This document shows positions 37,343 through 46,454 of a stretch of 64,000 nt of DNA, one piece after another. Source of the stretch: Alphaproteobacteria bacterium (lineage in GTDB: Bacteria > Myxococcota_A > UBA796 > GCA-2862545); the NCBI GenBank assembly GCA_020632925.1, contig JACKER010000007.1:244910-308909 (forward strand), written 5' to 3'. The stretch's first letter is position 1, and every line of letters starts with the position of its first letter. A program made the translations under genes and the position numbers. The notes under the pieces were generated by a model. That model did not search any database, was not told where the DNA came from, and saw nothing but the letters and a program-made list of their open reading frames with translations.

Positions 37343-39678
37343 GACCGCTCGTCGCCCTCTTCCTCGTCGGCTGCCCGTTCGTGGGCGAAGATCGGCTCGC
37401 CGGGATCCGGGACGCGGACGGCGACGGCGATCCGGCCGAGCAGTTCGGCGGCAACGACTGCGACGACGGGGACCCGCTCGTGAGCTCGTTGATGACGGAG
37501 GACTGGTCCAACGACATCGACGACGACTGCGATGGCAACGCGTTCGACCAGGACGGGGACGGCTACCTGCGAGGGACGGACTGCGACGACACGGATGCGA
37601 CCGTGAACGTCGAGCGGACCTGGTACGCGGACGAGGACGGCGACGGCGTCGTCGGCGCCACCCCCTACGTCGCGTGCATCCCCGAGGACGGCTCCTCGGC
37701 CGACCCTGGCCCCGACTGCGACGACCAGGACCCGACGGTCGCGCTGGTCACGCTGTTCCGGGACGCCGACGGCGACGGGTACGGCGACCCGGCGACCACG
37801 ACCACCGACCACTGCGAGCCCGTCGAGGGGTGGGTCCCGACCTCCGGGGACTGCGACGACACCGATCCGGAGCAGCGACCGGGGGCGTCGTGGCACGACG
37901 ACGCCGACGGGGACGGCTTCGGGGCGGAGCAGGTCGCGTCCGTCGGCTGCGAGCGTCCGACCGGGCGCATCACCGACGACAGCGACTGCGACGACCGGGA
38001 CGCGAGCGTTCACCCTGGCGCTTCCGGCGAGCAGCTGCACGACGGGGTCGACACCGACTGCGACGACGGCAGCGAGCTCCCCGAGCTGGCGTGTGGGCCG
38101 ACCCCGATCGACGTGTATCCGGACGACATCCAGTCGCGACTGTCGTCGGGTGGGGACTGCCAGGCCCTCGTCCTGCACGTCGACGCCGCTCGCCCCGTCT
38201 ACGGACCCATCGTGCTCCCGGACGACGCGCGCATCTCGCTCGTCGGGGCCCCCTTCGAGGCCGTCGCCTTCGGCACCCCGATCGGCGGTGTCGCCATCAG
38301 CGGCGCTCCCGCGTTGCTCCAGATCGAGAAGGCGACGTTCGTGGGGTGGGACACGGCGGTCGCCGTGGGCGGAGGGTCGGTCACGTTGTCCGAGGTGCTC
38401 GTCGACGCCGGGGAGGTCGTGCGGGCCGACGCCCTCGCGGACGAGCTCACGATCTACGACTCGGTCTTCTCGGGGGTCGACCTGGTCTACGATCCCGACT
38501 GGGCCGGACCGGGCACCTTCGACGACGTCCTGGTCGAGCGGTCCTTCGTGGCTTCCGCCGTCGCGCCCCACGCCGTGCTGGACGGCGGCCGGAGCTCGAC
38601 CACCTGGCGCGACCTGGTGATCGCGAACAGCGCCGCCACCGTCAGCCTCCTGACCGTGCCGGTCGGTCCTACGGGCCGCGCGATCACGATCGAGGATCTG
38701 TGGGTCCAGGACTCGCTCGGCCGGGCGCTCGAGGCCGAGCTGCGCGACCAGGACGCGCTCGCGCTGAACGACATCACGCTGGTGGGCAACATCTCGGTGG
38801 ATCGCGGGCTGGTGGCGGTCACCGGGTCCGGGGGCGCCACGCTCGGGGTCAGCGGGTTCAGCGCCCGCCAGAACACGATGGAGGTGTTCTCGGGCGTGCT
38901 GAGCGACCTGCGTGAGCAGGCGATGTTCGACTTCGGACCCGGCACGGGCACGCTGCAGGACGTGTGGCTGCTCGGGAACGTGACGGGGGAGAGCTGGCTG
39001 TTCCAGGGCAAGGGGACGGGCTCGAACCTGCTGTTCGCGGGGACCGGGGAGCGGGGCTTCCGGTTCAACGGCGCCATGGACCACGTGACCGTCGTCGGGT
39101 TCGGAGAGGGGGTGCCCTCCGTGGACGGGATCTCGCTCGGTCTCCGGCTCTCCGACGCCATCGTCGCCGACTTGGGCACGGACTTCCCCGAGGTGCTCGT
39201 CCGCATGGACCGCGTGATGATCGCGCCGGGGTCCGCGGTGACCTGCGGGCCCAACGACGCGGACTGCCTCACCGGCGTCGACCCGATGCTGCTCCGCTAC
39301 GACCGCGCCGCTCCTTCGGAGCTGTGGGACCTGCGGGTCGGCCCGGACAGCCCGGCCATCGCGCCACGCGCGACCTGCACGTTCGCGGGGACGGCCTGCG
39401 ACCTCGGGGGCCTCACGCCGGTGAACGCGCCGATCGCCTACGCGGACACGGACGGCGACGGCATGTACGACACCTGGGAGACGCAGTTCTTCGGCGACGT
39501 GGCGAGCTGTGGTCCCGCGCAGAACCCGGACGGCGACGGGTACACCAACGTCGAGGAGTTCGCTTCGGGGACCCTGCCGACCGCGGCGGACTTCGACCTG
39601 GACGGGCTGCCCGACGGCGCCCCGGACGGCGTCGGAGGGACCTGGGACGACGCGCCCTGGGACCCGTCGGGCGGCTGA
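37339..39678 (+). CDS. tandem paralog of the preceding lipoprotein with the same domain order
   Basis: The ATG overlaps the upstream stop as ATGA. The lipobox 'LFLVGCPFVG' is present. Repeat and C-terminal blocks are collinear ('DTDGDGMYDTWETQFFGD'). Confidence 0.65.
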   Translation: MRPLVALFLVGCPFVGEDRLAGIRDADGDGDPAEQFGGNDCDDGDPLVSSLMTEDWSNDIDDDCDGNAFDQDGDGYLRGTDCDDTDATVNVERTWYADEDGDGVVGATPYVACIPEDGSSADPGPDCDDQDPTVALVTLFRDADGDGYGDPATTTTDHCEPVEGWVPTSGDCDDTDPEQRPGASWHDDADGDGFGAEQVASVGCERPTGRITDDSDCDDRDASVHPGASGEQLHDGVDTDCDDGSELPELACGPTPIDVYPDDIQSRLSSGGDCQALVLHVDAARPVYGPIVLPDDARISLVGAPFEAVAFGTPIGGVAISGAPALLQIEKATFVGWDTAVAVGGGSVTLSEVLVDAGEVVRADALADELTIYDSVFSGVDLVYDPDWAGPGTFDDVLVERSFVASAVAPHAVLDGGRSSTTWRDLVIANSAATVSLLTVPVGPTGRAITIEDLWVQDSLGRALEAELRDQDALALNDITLVGNISVDRGLVAVTGSGGATLGVSGFSARQNTMEVFSGVLSDLREQAMFDFGPGTGTLQDVWLLGNVTGESWLFQGKGTGSNLLFAGTGERGFRFNGAMDHVTVVGFGEGVPSVDGISLGLRLSDAIVADLGTDFPEVLVRMDRVMIAPGSAVTCGPNDADCLTGVDPMLLRYDRAAPSELWDLRVGPDSPAIAPRATCTFAGTACDLGGLTPVNAPIAYADTDGDGMYDTWETQFFGDVASCGPAQNPDGDGYTNVEEFASGTLPTAADFDLDGLPDGAPDGVGGTWDDAPWDPSGG

Positions 39679-39684
39679 GCGCGG

Positions 39685-40803
39685 TCAGAGCACCCAACGG
39701 CCGTGCGCGAGGACGCGGCTGACCGAGAGGTCCTCGCCCAGCACGACCAGGTCGGCGTCCGCTCCAGCCGCGATCCGCCCCTTGCCCTCGAAGCGATAGA
39801 GCGCTGCCGGGTTCGTCGTCACCGGCGCGAGCGCGCGTTCGGGCGGGACCCCCGCGGCCAGCAGCCCGCGCACGACGCCCAGCAGGCCCTCGGCGTCGCC
39901 GACCTCCATGTGGAGCAGCTTCCCGTCGCGGTCGAACGTCGGCAGGCAGCCCCCGGCATCCGACGACAGCGTGATGCGCGCCGGATCCCGGCCCTCGGTC
40001 AGGTAGCGGAGCACCGCGGCCGTCGGGTCGACGGTGCCGTCGTCGTAGGGGGGAGGGAAGGCGCTCACGTCGATCCAGCCGCCGTCGTCGGACCAGGCCA
40101 GCGCCTCCTCCCACAGCCGGGGGTTGCGGTTCACGTGTGTCGGGTGGAACACCCGCCGGGGGAGCTCCGTCTCCGCTGCCGCCCGGCGCAGCAGCTCGAG
40201 CCCGCGCCGGCCGTCGCCCAGGTGCAGGTGGACCAGACCCGCCTTGCGGCTCATCATGCCCGCGACGTGGGCGTCCGCGGCGACGCGCAGCAGCTCGTCG
40301 TAGGTCGGCTGGCTCGAGCGGTGGTCGGAGATGGCGACCTCGCCGACCGCCACGATCGTGGGCACGTGGACGATGTCGCCGCGCACCGAGCCGGTCAGCG
40401 TCGGCGGGGGGACCTCGTACCCTCCGGTGTGGATCCACGCAGACAGGCCCATCGCGCGGACCGCGTGGGCGCAGGCCAACAGCTCGCCGATCGTGCGCGT
40501 CGTGCAGTCCGTGCCGAGCAGGCCGACCGCGGTGGTGACGCCGGACCGCGCCAGCGACGCCGGCACCAGCGGCGGGACGCGGGTCTCGGGGCCGCCCTCC
40601 CCACCACCGCCGGTCAGGTGGACGTGGAGGTCGACCAGACCCGGGATCAGCGTGCAGCCGTCGAGGTCGACGACGTCCACACCCCAGCCGGGCGGGGGCT
40701 CGGCGGGCACCCCCAGGGCGAGCACGCGCCCGCCCCCGACGAGGACCGTGGTCGTTCCCAGGTCCTCGGGGGCCCAAACGCGGGCGCCGCGCAGCAGCAG
40801 CAT
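39685..40803 (-). CDS. iadA: isoaspartyl dipeptidase (beta-aspartyl dipeptidase)
   Basis: It carries 'HVHLTGGGGEGGPETR', 'AISDHRS', 'PTHVNRN' and 'TLSSD'. These match my memory of E. coli IadA. The ATG overlaps the cphA stop as ATGA. Confidence 0.8.
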   Translation of the reverse strand: MLLLRGARVWAPEDLGTTTVLVGGGRVLALGVPAEPPPGWGVDVVDLDGCTLIPGLVDLHVHLTGGGGEGGPETRVPPLVPASLARSGVTTAVGLLGTDCTTRTIGELLACAHAVRAMGLSAWIHTGGYEVPPPTLTGSVRGDIVHVPTIVAVGEVAISDHRSSQPTYDELLRVAADAHVAGMMSRKAGLVHLHLGDGRRGLELLRRAAAETELPRRVFHPTHVNRNPRLWEEALAWSDDGGWIDVSAFPPPYDDGTVDPTAAVLRYLTEGRDPARITLSSDAGGCLPTFDRDGKLLHMEVGDAEGLLGVVRGLLAAGVPPERALAPVTTNPAALYRFEGKGRIAAGADADLVVLGEDLSVSRVLAHGRWVL

Positions 40804-43607
40804 CAGTCGTTCGGCTCGGGCGCGCGGGCCACCCGGACCCCACGCTCGTCCATCACCAGCGCGCCCTGCGGCAGCTGGACGACGACGGGCTCCGGAGCCG
40901 GCGGCGCCGGGCGCCAGGCGGGCTGCTCCACGACCTGGACCGCGCCGTCGTGCTCGCGGCCGTAGTAGATGATCTGCTTCCAGCAGCGCGTGAGCTGATC
41001 ACCGAAGACCAGCAGCAGATCGCCCTCTCGGCAGCTGCGCAGCCCCATGTCGAGCGCCTCGATCTCGTCGGGGACGATGTGGACCGCCGCGGGCTGGACC
41101 CCGGCCTCGAGCAGCGCGTCGCGCATCAGCTTCGCCACCGCGCCGCGGTCGCGGCCGCGCGCGTCGTCGTCCTCCTTGCAGATGAACAGGTCGAACGAGC
41201 AGGACGCCCGCGCGGCGATGCGCTGGATGTCCTCGTCGCGGCGGTCGCCGGGGGCGGTGAGCAGGACCACGCGCTTCGTGCGCATCCCGGTCCCGTCCGA
41301 CAGGCGGTCGACCAGGTTGCACATCGCCTCGATCGCGTGCGGGTTGTGGCCGTAGTCGAGGATGACCTTGAAGCCGAGCTCGTCGTAGACGTTCATCCGG
41401 CCCGGCGCCTGGAAGAAGCTGTTGTCGAAGGTCCGGAGCCCGTGGCGGATGTCGTCCAGCTTCACGCCCATCGCCCAGGCCATCGCGGCCGCGAACATCG
41501 CGTTCTGGACGTTGTGGATGGCCTTGCCCTCCATCGTCGCCGGGATGAGGTGGGTCCACAGCAGCGGCATGTGCGACATCCGGTCGTAGATGGTGATCAT
41601 CTGACCGTTGACCCCACCCTCGAGCCCCACGGCCAGCCCGCCCTGCCGGATGTGCTCGCGCACCAGCTCGTGCTGGGGGTTCATCGTCACGTACGCGACG
41701 CGCCGGGCCTCGCTGTGGTCCGCCATCGCGAGGCAGAGCGGGTCGTCGGCGTTGAGCACCACGCAGTCGGACGCGACCTCGATCGGGATGCGCTTGACCT
41801 CGGCGAGCTGCTCGAGCGTGTGGATGCCGCCCAACCCGAGGTGGTCGCCGGCGACGTTGAGGCAGCAGGCCACGTCGGGGTGCCTGTACCCCATGCCGGC
41901 GCGGAGCAGGCCGCCGCGCGCGGTCTCGAGCACGGCGACCGTGACCTTCGGGTCGCGGAGCACCATCTGGGCGCTGATCGGTCCGGTCATGTCGCCCGGG
42001 ACCGTGCGGTTGCCGTCGACGTAGACGCCGTCGGTCGTGGTCAGGCCGACGACCGCGCCGGCCATCTTGTGGATGTGCGCGAGCATGCGGCTCGTCGTCG
42101 TCTTGCCGTTGGTCCCCGTCACGGCGGCGATGGGGATGCGCGTCGGCGTGCCCGGGGGGAACAGCATCTCCATGACGGCGCCCGCCACGTCGCGGGGGTG
42201 ACCCTCCGAGGGCGCGACGTGCATCCGGAAGCCGGGTGCGGCGTTGACCTCGCAGATCCCGCCGCCGACATCGGTCCAGGAGCGCGTGATGTCCGGCGTC
42301 AGGAAGTCCACGCCGCACACGTCCAGCCCCACGGCGGCCGTCGCCCGCTCCGCCATCTCGCGGTTGTCGGGGTGGATCATGTCCGTCACGTCGATCGCGG
42401 TGCCGCCCGTGGACAGGTTCGCCGTCGACCGGAGGTAGAAGACCTCTCCGGCGGTCAGCACGCTCTCCGCCGTCTTGCCGGCGGCCGCGAGCAGCCGCTG
42501 GGCCTGTCCGTCGAGCTCGAGGCGCGTCAGCACCTTCTCGTGCCCGATGCCGCGCCGGGGATCGAGGTTCACGAGGTCCACGAGCTGCGCGACCGTGTGC
42601 TGTCCGTCGCCGACCACGTGCCCCGGCACGCGCTTGCTCGCGGCCACGAGCCGCCCGTCCACCACCAGCAGCCGGTGGTCGAAGCCCTCCACGCACTGCT
42701 CGACCAGCACGACCCGCGAGTGCTCGCGCGCGACCGCGAAGGCGTCGGACACGGCCTGCTCGCCCTCGATCCCGATGGTGATGCCCCGACCGTGGTTGGC
42801 GTCGAGCGGCTTGACCACGACCTTGCCGCCGATGCGCTGCCAGGCGCGGACGGCCTCCTCGCCGGTACGGACCTGGATCTGCTTGGGCACGGGCAGCCCC
42901 ATGTCCGCGAGGATCCGGTTCGTGAGGTTCTTGTCCGACGCGATCTCGACGCCGATGTTCTTGGTCTCGCTCGTCACCGTTGCCCAGATGCGCTTCTGGC
43001 GGCACCCGTGGCCGAACTGGACGAGGGACGCGTCACCGATGCGCAGCCAGGGGATGTCCCGAGCCTCGGCCGCCCGCACCAGCGAGGCCGTGGAGGGCCC
43101 GAACGCGCGGCTCTGCGTCTCGAGGATGAGATCCTCGAGCTCCATCGCGAAGTCGAAGCCGGGCTCCGGCGGCGCGTCGGGGTGCAGCGCCTCGGGGATG
43201 ATGTGGTGGAGGAGTCGGAGCGCCAGCTCGCCCGCCGCCATGCCCACCCAGGGGTCCTCGTACTCGTAGACGACGTGGTACTGCCCGACCTCGCCCGACC
43301 CCCGGGTCTTGCCGAAGGTCACGGGGAAGCCCGCGAGGTGCTGGAGCTCGATCGCGACGTGCTCGAGCACGTGGCCCATCCAGGTGCCGCCGTCCTCCCG
43401 CAGCCGCCGGACGAAGCCGCCGGGCTCGCCGTAGGAGCAGCCGTGGTCGCCCAGGCCGGGCAGCAGCTGCAGGAGCTGATCCACGAAGCCCGGGATCGCC
43501 GCGGACGGGTGGTCCTCGAGCGGGCCGAGGTCGAGCAGGAAGCGGATCACGCGGAAGTGCGCGTACAGGTTCGGGCCGAGGTAGGTACGGCGCTCGAGGA
43601 TGCGCAT
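40803..43607 (-). CDS. cphA: cyanophycin synthetase
   Basis: It has an ATP-grasp domain followed by a Mur-ligase domain ('VTGTNGKTTT'). Confidence 0.9.
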   Translation of the reverse strand: MRILERRTYLGPNLYAHFRVIRFLLDLGPLEDHPSAAIPGFVDQLLQLLPGLGDHGCSYGEPGGFVRRLREDGGTWMGHVLEHVAIELQHLAGFPVTFGKTRGSGEVGQYHVVYEYEDPWVGMAAGELALRLLHHIIPEALHPDAPPEPGFDFAMELEDLILETQSRAFGPSTASLVRAAEARDIPWLRIGDASLVQFGHGCRQKRIWATVTSETKNIGVEIASDKNLTNRILADMGLPVPKQIQVRTGEEAVRAWQRIGGKVVVKPLDANHGRGITIGIEGEQAVSDAFAVAREHSRVVLVEQCVEGFDHRLLVVDGRLVAASKRVPGHVVGDGQHTVAQLVDLVNLDPRRGIGHEKVLTRLELDGQAQRLLAAAGKTAESVLTAGEVFYLRSTANLSTGGTAIDVTDMIHPDNREMAERATAAVGLDVCGVDFLTPDITRSWTDVGGGICEVNAAPGFRMHVAPSEGHPRDVAGAVMEMLFPPGTPTRIPIAAVTGTNGKTTTSRMLAHIHKMAGAVVGLTTTDGVYVDGNRTVPGDMTGPISAQMVLRDPKVTVAVLETARGGLLRAGMGYRHPDVACCLNVAGDHLGLGGIHTLEQLAEVKRIPIEVASDCVVLNADDPLCLAMADHSEARRVAYVTMNPQHELVREHIRQGGLAVGLEGGVNGQMITIYDRMSHMPLLWTHLIPATMEGKAIHNVQNAMFAAAMAWAMGVKLDDIRHGLRTFDNSFFQAPGRMNVYDELGFKVILDYGHNPHAIEAMCNLVDRLSDGTGMRTKRVVLLTAPGDRRDEDIQRIAARASCSFDLFICKEDDDARGRDRGAVAKLMRDALLEAGVQPAAVHIVPDEIEALDMGLRSCREGDLLLVFGDQLTRCWKQIIYYGREHDGAVQVVEQPAWRPAPPAPEPVVVQLPQGALVMDERGVRVARAPEPND

Positions 43608-43666
43608 GGGGCAGGGATCTCCGGGAGGCCGGTCGGGCCGGGCGGGAGTCTAGCCGAGGAGCCGTC

Positions 43667-44221
43667 CTACGCGAACAGGCCGCGGATCATGGCGAAGAGC
43701 CTGGCGAACAGGCTCGGGGGTGCGGGCGGGGCGAGCGGAGCCTCGGGGCTCGGGGGCGCGCCGGGCGGAAGGGCGGGGGCCGTGGGCACGCCGAGGTCGG
43801 GCTCGGGCGCCAGCGCCGCCACGCGCGGGAACTCGCGCTCCGGGGTCGGGTGGAGCGGGGTCGCGAACAGGTCGAGCAGGTCGGGCACGCGCTCGGCGGC
43901 AGGATGGGGCACCGGAGACCGTGCCTCGGGCCGTGGCGGACGGCTCGCGCGCACCTGCGGGGTCGGCGGGGTCTCGGGCCCGTCGTCGGTCTCGGCCGGC
44001 CAGGTCTTCGCGAGCGTCGTGGGCGGCGTCGGCTCGGGGTCCATCCGCTCGGTCCCGAGTCCCGACGCGAGGTTCTGGAGCAGGCCGTCCACGGCCTCGT
44101 CGGTGAGCTCGTCGAGGACGGACGCCGGCAGCTCGTCCGAGGCCTCCTCTTCCGCGAAGGGGTCGTAGGTCCCGGTGCGGGGTTTCGCCGCGGCCGGTGG
44201 ATGGTCGTCGTCCGCACCCAT
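43667..44221 (-). CDS. hypothetical acidic, Pro-rich, probably disordered protein
   Basis: It is the only non-Arg-rich frame among overlapping ORFs and ends in '...LFA'. Confidence 0.3.
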   Translation of the reverse strand: MGADDDHPPAAAKPRTGTYDPFAEEEASDELPASVLDELTDEAVDGLLQNLASGLGTERMDPEPTPPTTLAKTWPAETDDGPETPPTPQVRASRPPRPEARSPVPHPAAERVPDLLDLFATPLHPTPEREFPRVAALAPEPDLGVPTAPALPPGAPPSPEAPLAPPAPPSLFARLFAMIRGLFA

Positions 44222-44278
44222 GGTTCGCTTCCATAGCGTGCTCGCACCGCGGGATCACCTCGTGACCCCGGACGGCCG

Positions 44279-44950
44279 TTACGCTGGGAACACGCTCCGG
44301 AAGAACCCGGTCAGCACCGACCACGCGGAGGGCGCCGAGGCTGTGGACTTCGTCTCGGGCGCGGGGGCGCGCTCGGGCTGGGGCCGCGGGGTGGGCTCGC
44401 TCGGCGCGGGCATGGCCAGGGCGGCGGCGAAGACGGTGGGCTCCGAAGGGACGGAGATCTCGCTCGGTTCCAGGTCGGACTCGACGCGGGGCGGGAAGAG
44501 GGGGCGGCTCGGCGTGGTCTTCAGGTTCGAGAGATCCAAGAGATCATCATCGGACGCCTCCGAGGGCAGCGGCATGTTCGTCGGCGGGAGCGAGTTCGCC
44601 CGGTTGCGGGACGGGCGCTGCTGCGGGGACGTCGTGCGGGCCGGGACGGGGGAGGCCGCGAACGACGCGGTCCGCATCGGAGGCCGCATGCTCACCGGCG
44701 CGTCCAGCGAGGGCTCGTCCGGGTGGAGCATGATCGTGGTGCCCTGGAGGTCCAGCATCATCACGTCGACGTCGACGTCGGAGAGCCCGGCCAGCAGCGC
44801 CTCGGGGACGACCGTCTCCTCCCCGTCGTCGTCGAGCGGGACGTAGGTGCCCAGGGGCTCGCCCGAACGGGCCACCATGCCAGCGATGCGGTAGGTCCCG
44901 CCGTCGGCCGTGGGGTCGGGGGTCTCGTCGTGGTCGAAGGCGATGCCCAT
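44279..44950 (-). CDS. hypothetical acidic, Pro/Ser-rich protein
   Basis: An AGGAGGTG RBS lies 6 nt upstream of the ATG at 44950. Confidence 0.35.
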   Translation of the reverse strand: MGIAFDHDETPDPTADGGTYRIAGMVARSGEPLGTYVPLDDDGEETVVPEALLAGLSDVDVDVMMLDLQGTTIMLHPDEPSLDAPVSMRPPMRTASFAASPVPARTTSPQQRPSRNRANSLPPTNMPLPSEASDDDLLDLSNLKTTPSRPLFPPRVESDLEPSEISVPSEPTVFAAALAMPAPSEPTPRPQPERAPAPETKSTASAPSAWSVLTGFFRSVFPA

Positions 44951-45126
44951 GTGAACACCTCCTGGAGGGGTGGCTTGCACTATTTGTATATAGAGCCATT
45001 CCGGAATCCACGGTTCCACTGAGGGTTACAGGGCCGATGATCAGCCTCTGAACAGAGAGATGGCCCGGTTTCGCCCCTGGTTGCACCGACGGACGGCGTC
45101 GTTGGTGGGCGGATCGGTGGGGACGG

Positions 45127-45669
45127 GTGACACTCGCCAGGTCCCGCGGTGTCCCAGGGAGTGAACGGACGCCACACGAGAGGTTCATGGGCGTCGACAT
45201 CCGTGCCTGGTACCAGCAGTATGGTCCGATGGTCCACCGTCGGTGCCGGGCGCTTCTTCGTGACGAGGAGGAGGCGATGGAGGCGATGCAGGACGTGTTC
45301 GTGGAGGTGGTGCGCCGCGGCGATCGGCTCGAGGTCGACGCTCCGAGCTCCTTCCTCTACCGAACGGCCACCAACGTCTGCCTGAACCGGATCCGGTCGC
45401 GCAAGCGCAAGCCGTCGGAGGCCGACACCGACGTCGTCGAGCGCATCGCGATGGCGCCGGAGGCCGAGGACAAGACGCTGATGGGCCTGCTGCTCGCGCG
45501 GATCTTCGCCAACGAGCAGGTGTCGACGCGCGAGATGGCGGTCATGCACCTGGTCGACGGGCTCACCCTCGAGGAGGTCGCGCAGGAGACCGGGCTGTCC
45601 GTCTCCGGCGTCCGAAAGCGGCTACGGGTCCTCAAGGCGCACGTCGCCGAGCTGCAGGAGGTCGCGTGA
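45127..45669 (+). CDS. ECF (sigma-70 family) RNA polymerase sigma factor
   Basis: It has region 2 ('FVEVVRR') and a region 4 HTH ('EVAQETGLSVSGVRKRL'). The start may be the ATG at 45187. Confidence 0.8.
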   Translation: MTLARSRGVPGSERTPHERFMGVDIRAWYQQYGPMVHRRCRALLRDEEEAMEAMQDVFVEVVRRGDRLEVDAPSSFLYRTATNVCLNRIRSRKRKPSEADTDVVERIAMAPEAEDKTLMGLLLARIFANEQVSTREMAVMHLVDGLTLEEVAQETGLSVSGVRKRLRVLKAHVAELQEVA

Positions 45670-46454
45670 CCGCCCCCGACCAGCGCCGCATCCCCGATCT
45701 GCTCGTGGAGCGCGTGTTCCTCGGCGAGGCCACCGAGGAGGAGCGGGCGCGGGTCATGGCGGACCCGGACGCCGCCGACCGCCTGCGCGCCATGCCGATG
45801 GAGAACGCGAGGTTCTTCATGGCGCACCCGCCCGAGGAGGTCGTGCCGCGGATCGAGGGCCGGGTACGCATCGACGAGGCGCGGCGCAGGCTCGCCCAGC
45901 GCAACGGGCTGCTCGGCGGGCTCGTGATGGTCCCGCTCGCGGCCGCCGCGCTCTCGCTGTTCGTCGTAACGCAGGGTCCGAGCACGGGGACGGGTACCGG
46001 CGGCGGGCCAGGTGTCGAGCACACCACGGCGAAGGGCCTGTCGTCGCGCCTTCGGGTGTACCACCAGACCAGCAAGGGCGTGCGGCGGATCGCACCCGCG
46101 CAGGTGATGCGCAAGGGCGATCGGCTGCAGCTCGGCATCATCGCGGGCGACGCGACGAACGGCGCGGTGTTCAGCATCGACGGCCGCGGTCAGGTGACGC
46201 AGCACTTCCCGGTGGACGGGGGTGGGACGACGCTGACGAACGGCGAGCTTCGGATCCCCGAGGCGTACGAGCTGGACGACGCCCCGGATTACGAGCGCTT
46301 CCTGCTGGTCACCGGGGCCGGGCCGGTCGACGTGGCCGCCGTGCGGGCGGCGGTGGAGACCCTCGCCGGATCGGCGGATGCGAGGGAGGGCGAGCTCGCG
46401 CTCCCCGAGGGGCTCGACCAGGGGTCCTTCCTCGTACGGAAGGAGGAGCGCTGA
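45666..46454 (+). CDS. anti-sigma factor: cytoplasmic N-domain, one TM helix and an extracytoplasmic DUF4384-like domain
   Basis: The GTG overlaps the sigma-factor stop as GTGA. The TM helix is 'LLGGLVMVPLAAAALSLFVV'. Confidence 0.6.
   Translation: MTAPDQRRIPDLLVERVFLGEATEEERARVMADPDAADRLRAMPMENARFFMAHPPEEVVPRIEGRVRIDEARRRLAQRNGLLGGLVMVPLAAAALSLFVVTQGPSTGTGTGGGPGVEHTTAKGLSSRLRVYHQTSKGVRRIAPAQVMRKGDRLQLGIIAGDATNGAVFSIDGRGQVTQHFPVDGGGTTLTNGELRIPEAYELDDAPDYERFLLVTGAGPVDVAAVRAAVETLAGSADAREGELALPEGLDQGSFLVRKEER

Noticed and set aside
34322-39084. Two long minus-strand ORFs (34322-37336 and 36796-39084)
   Set aside because: They are antisense to the two MopE-like lipoprotein genes and have low-complexity translation.
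40950-44168. 1072 aa ORF on the + strand
   Set aside because: It is antisense to cphA, which has an unambiguous ATP-grasp/Mur-ligase sequence, and its translation is Arg/Gly-rich low complexity.
43687-44324. Arg-rich overlapping ORFs 43687-44247 and 43650-44324
   Set aside because: Their composition is pure Arg/Pro/Gly artefact. I retained the acidic frame 43667-44221 with low confidence instead.
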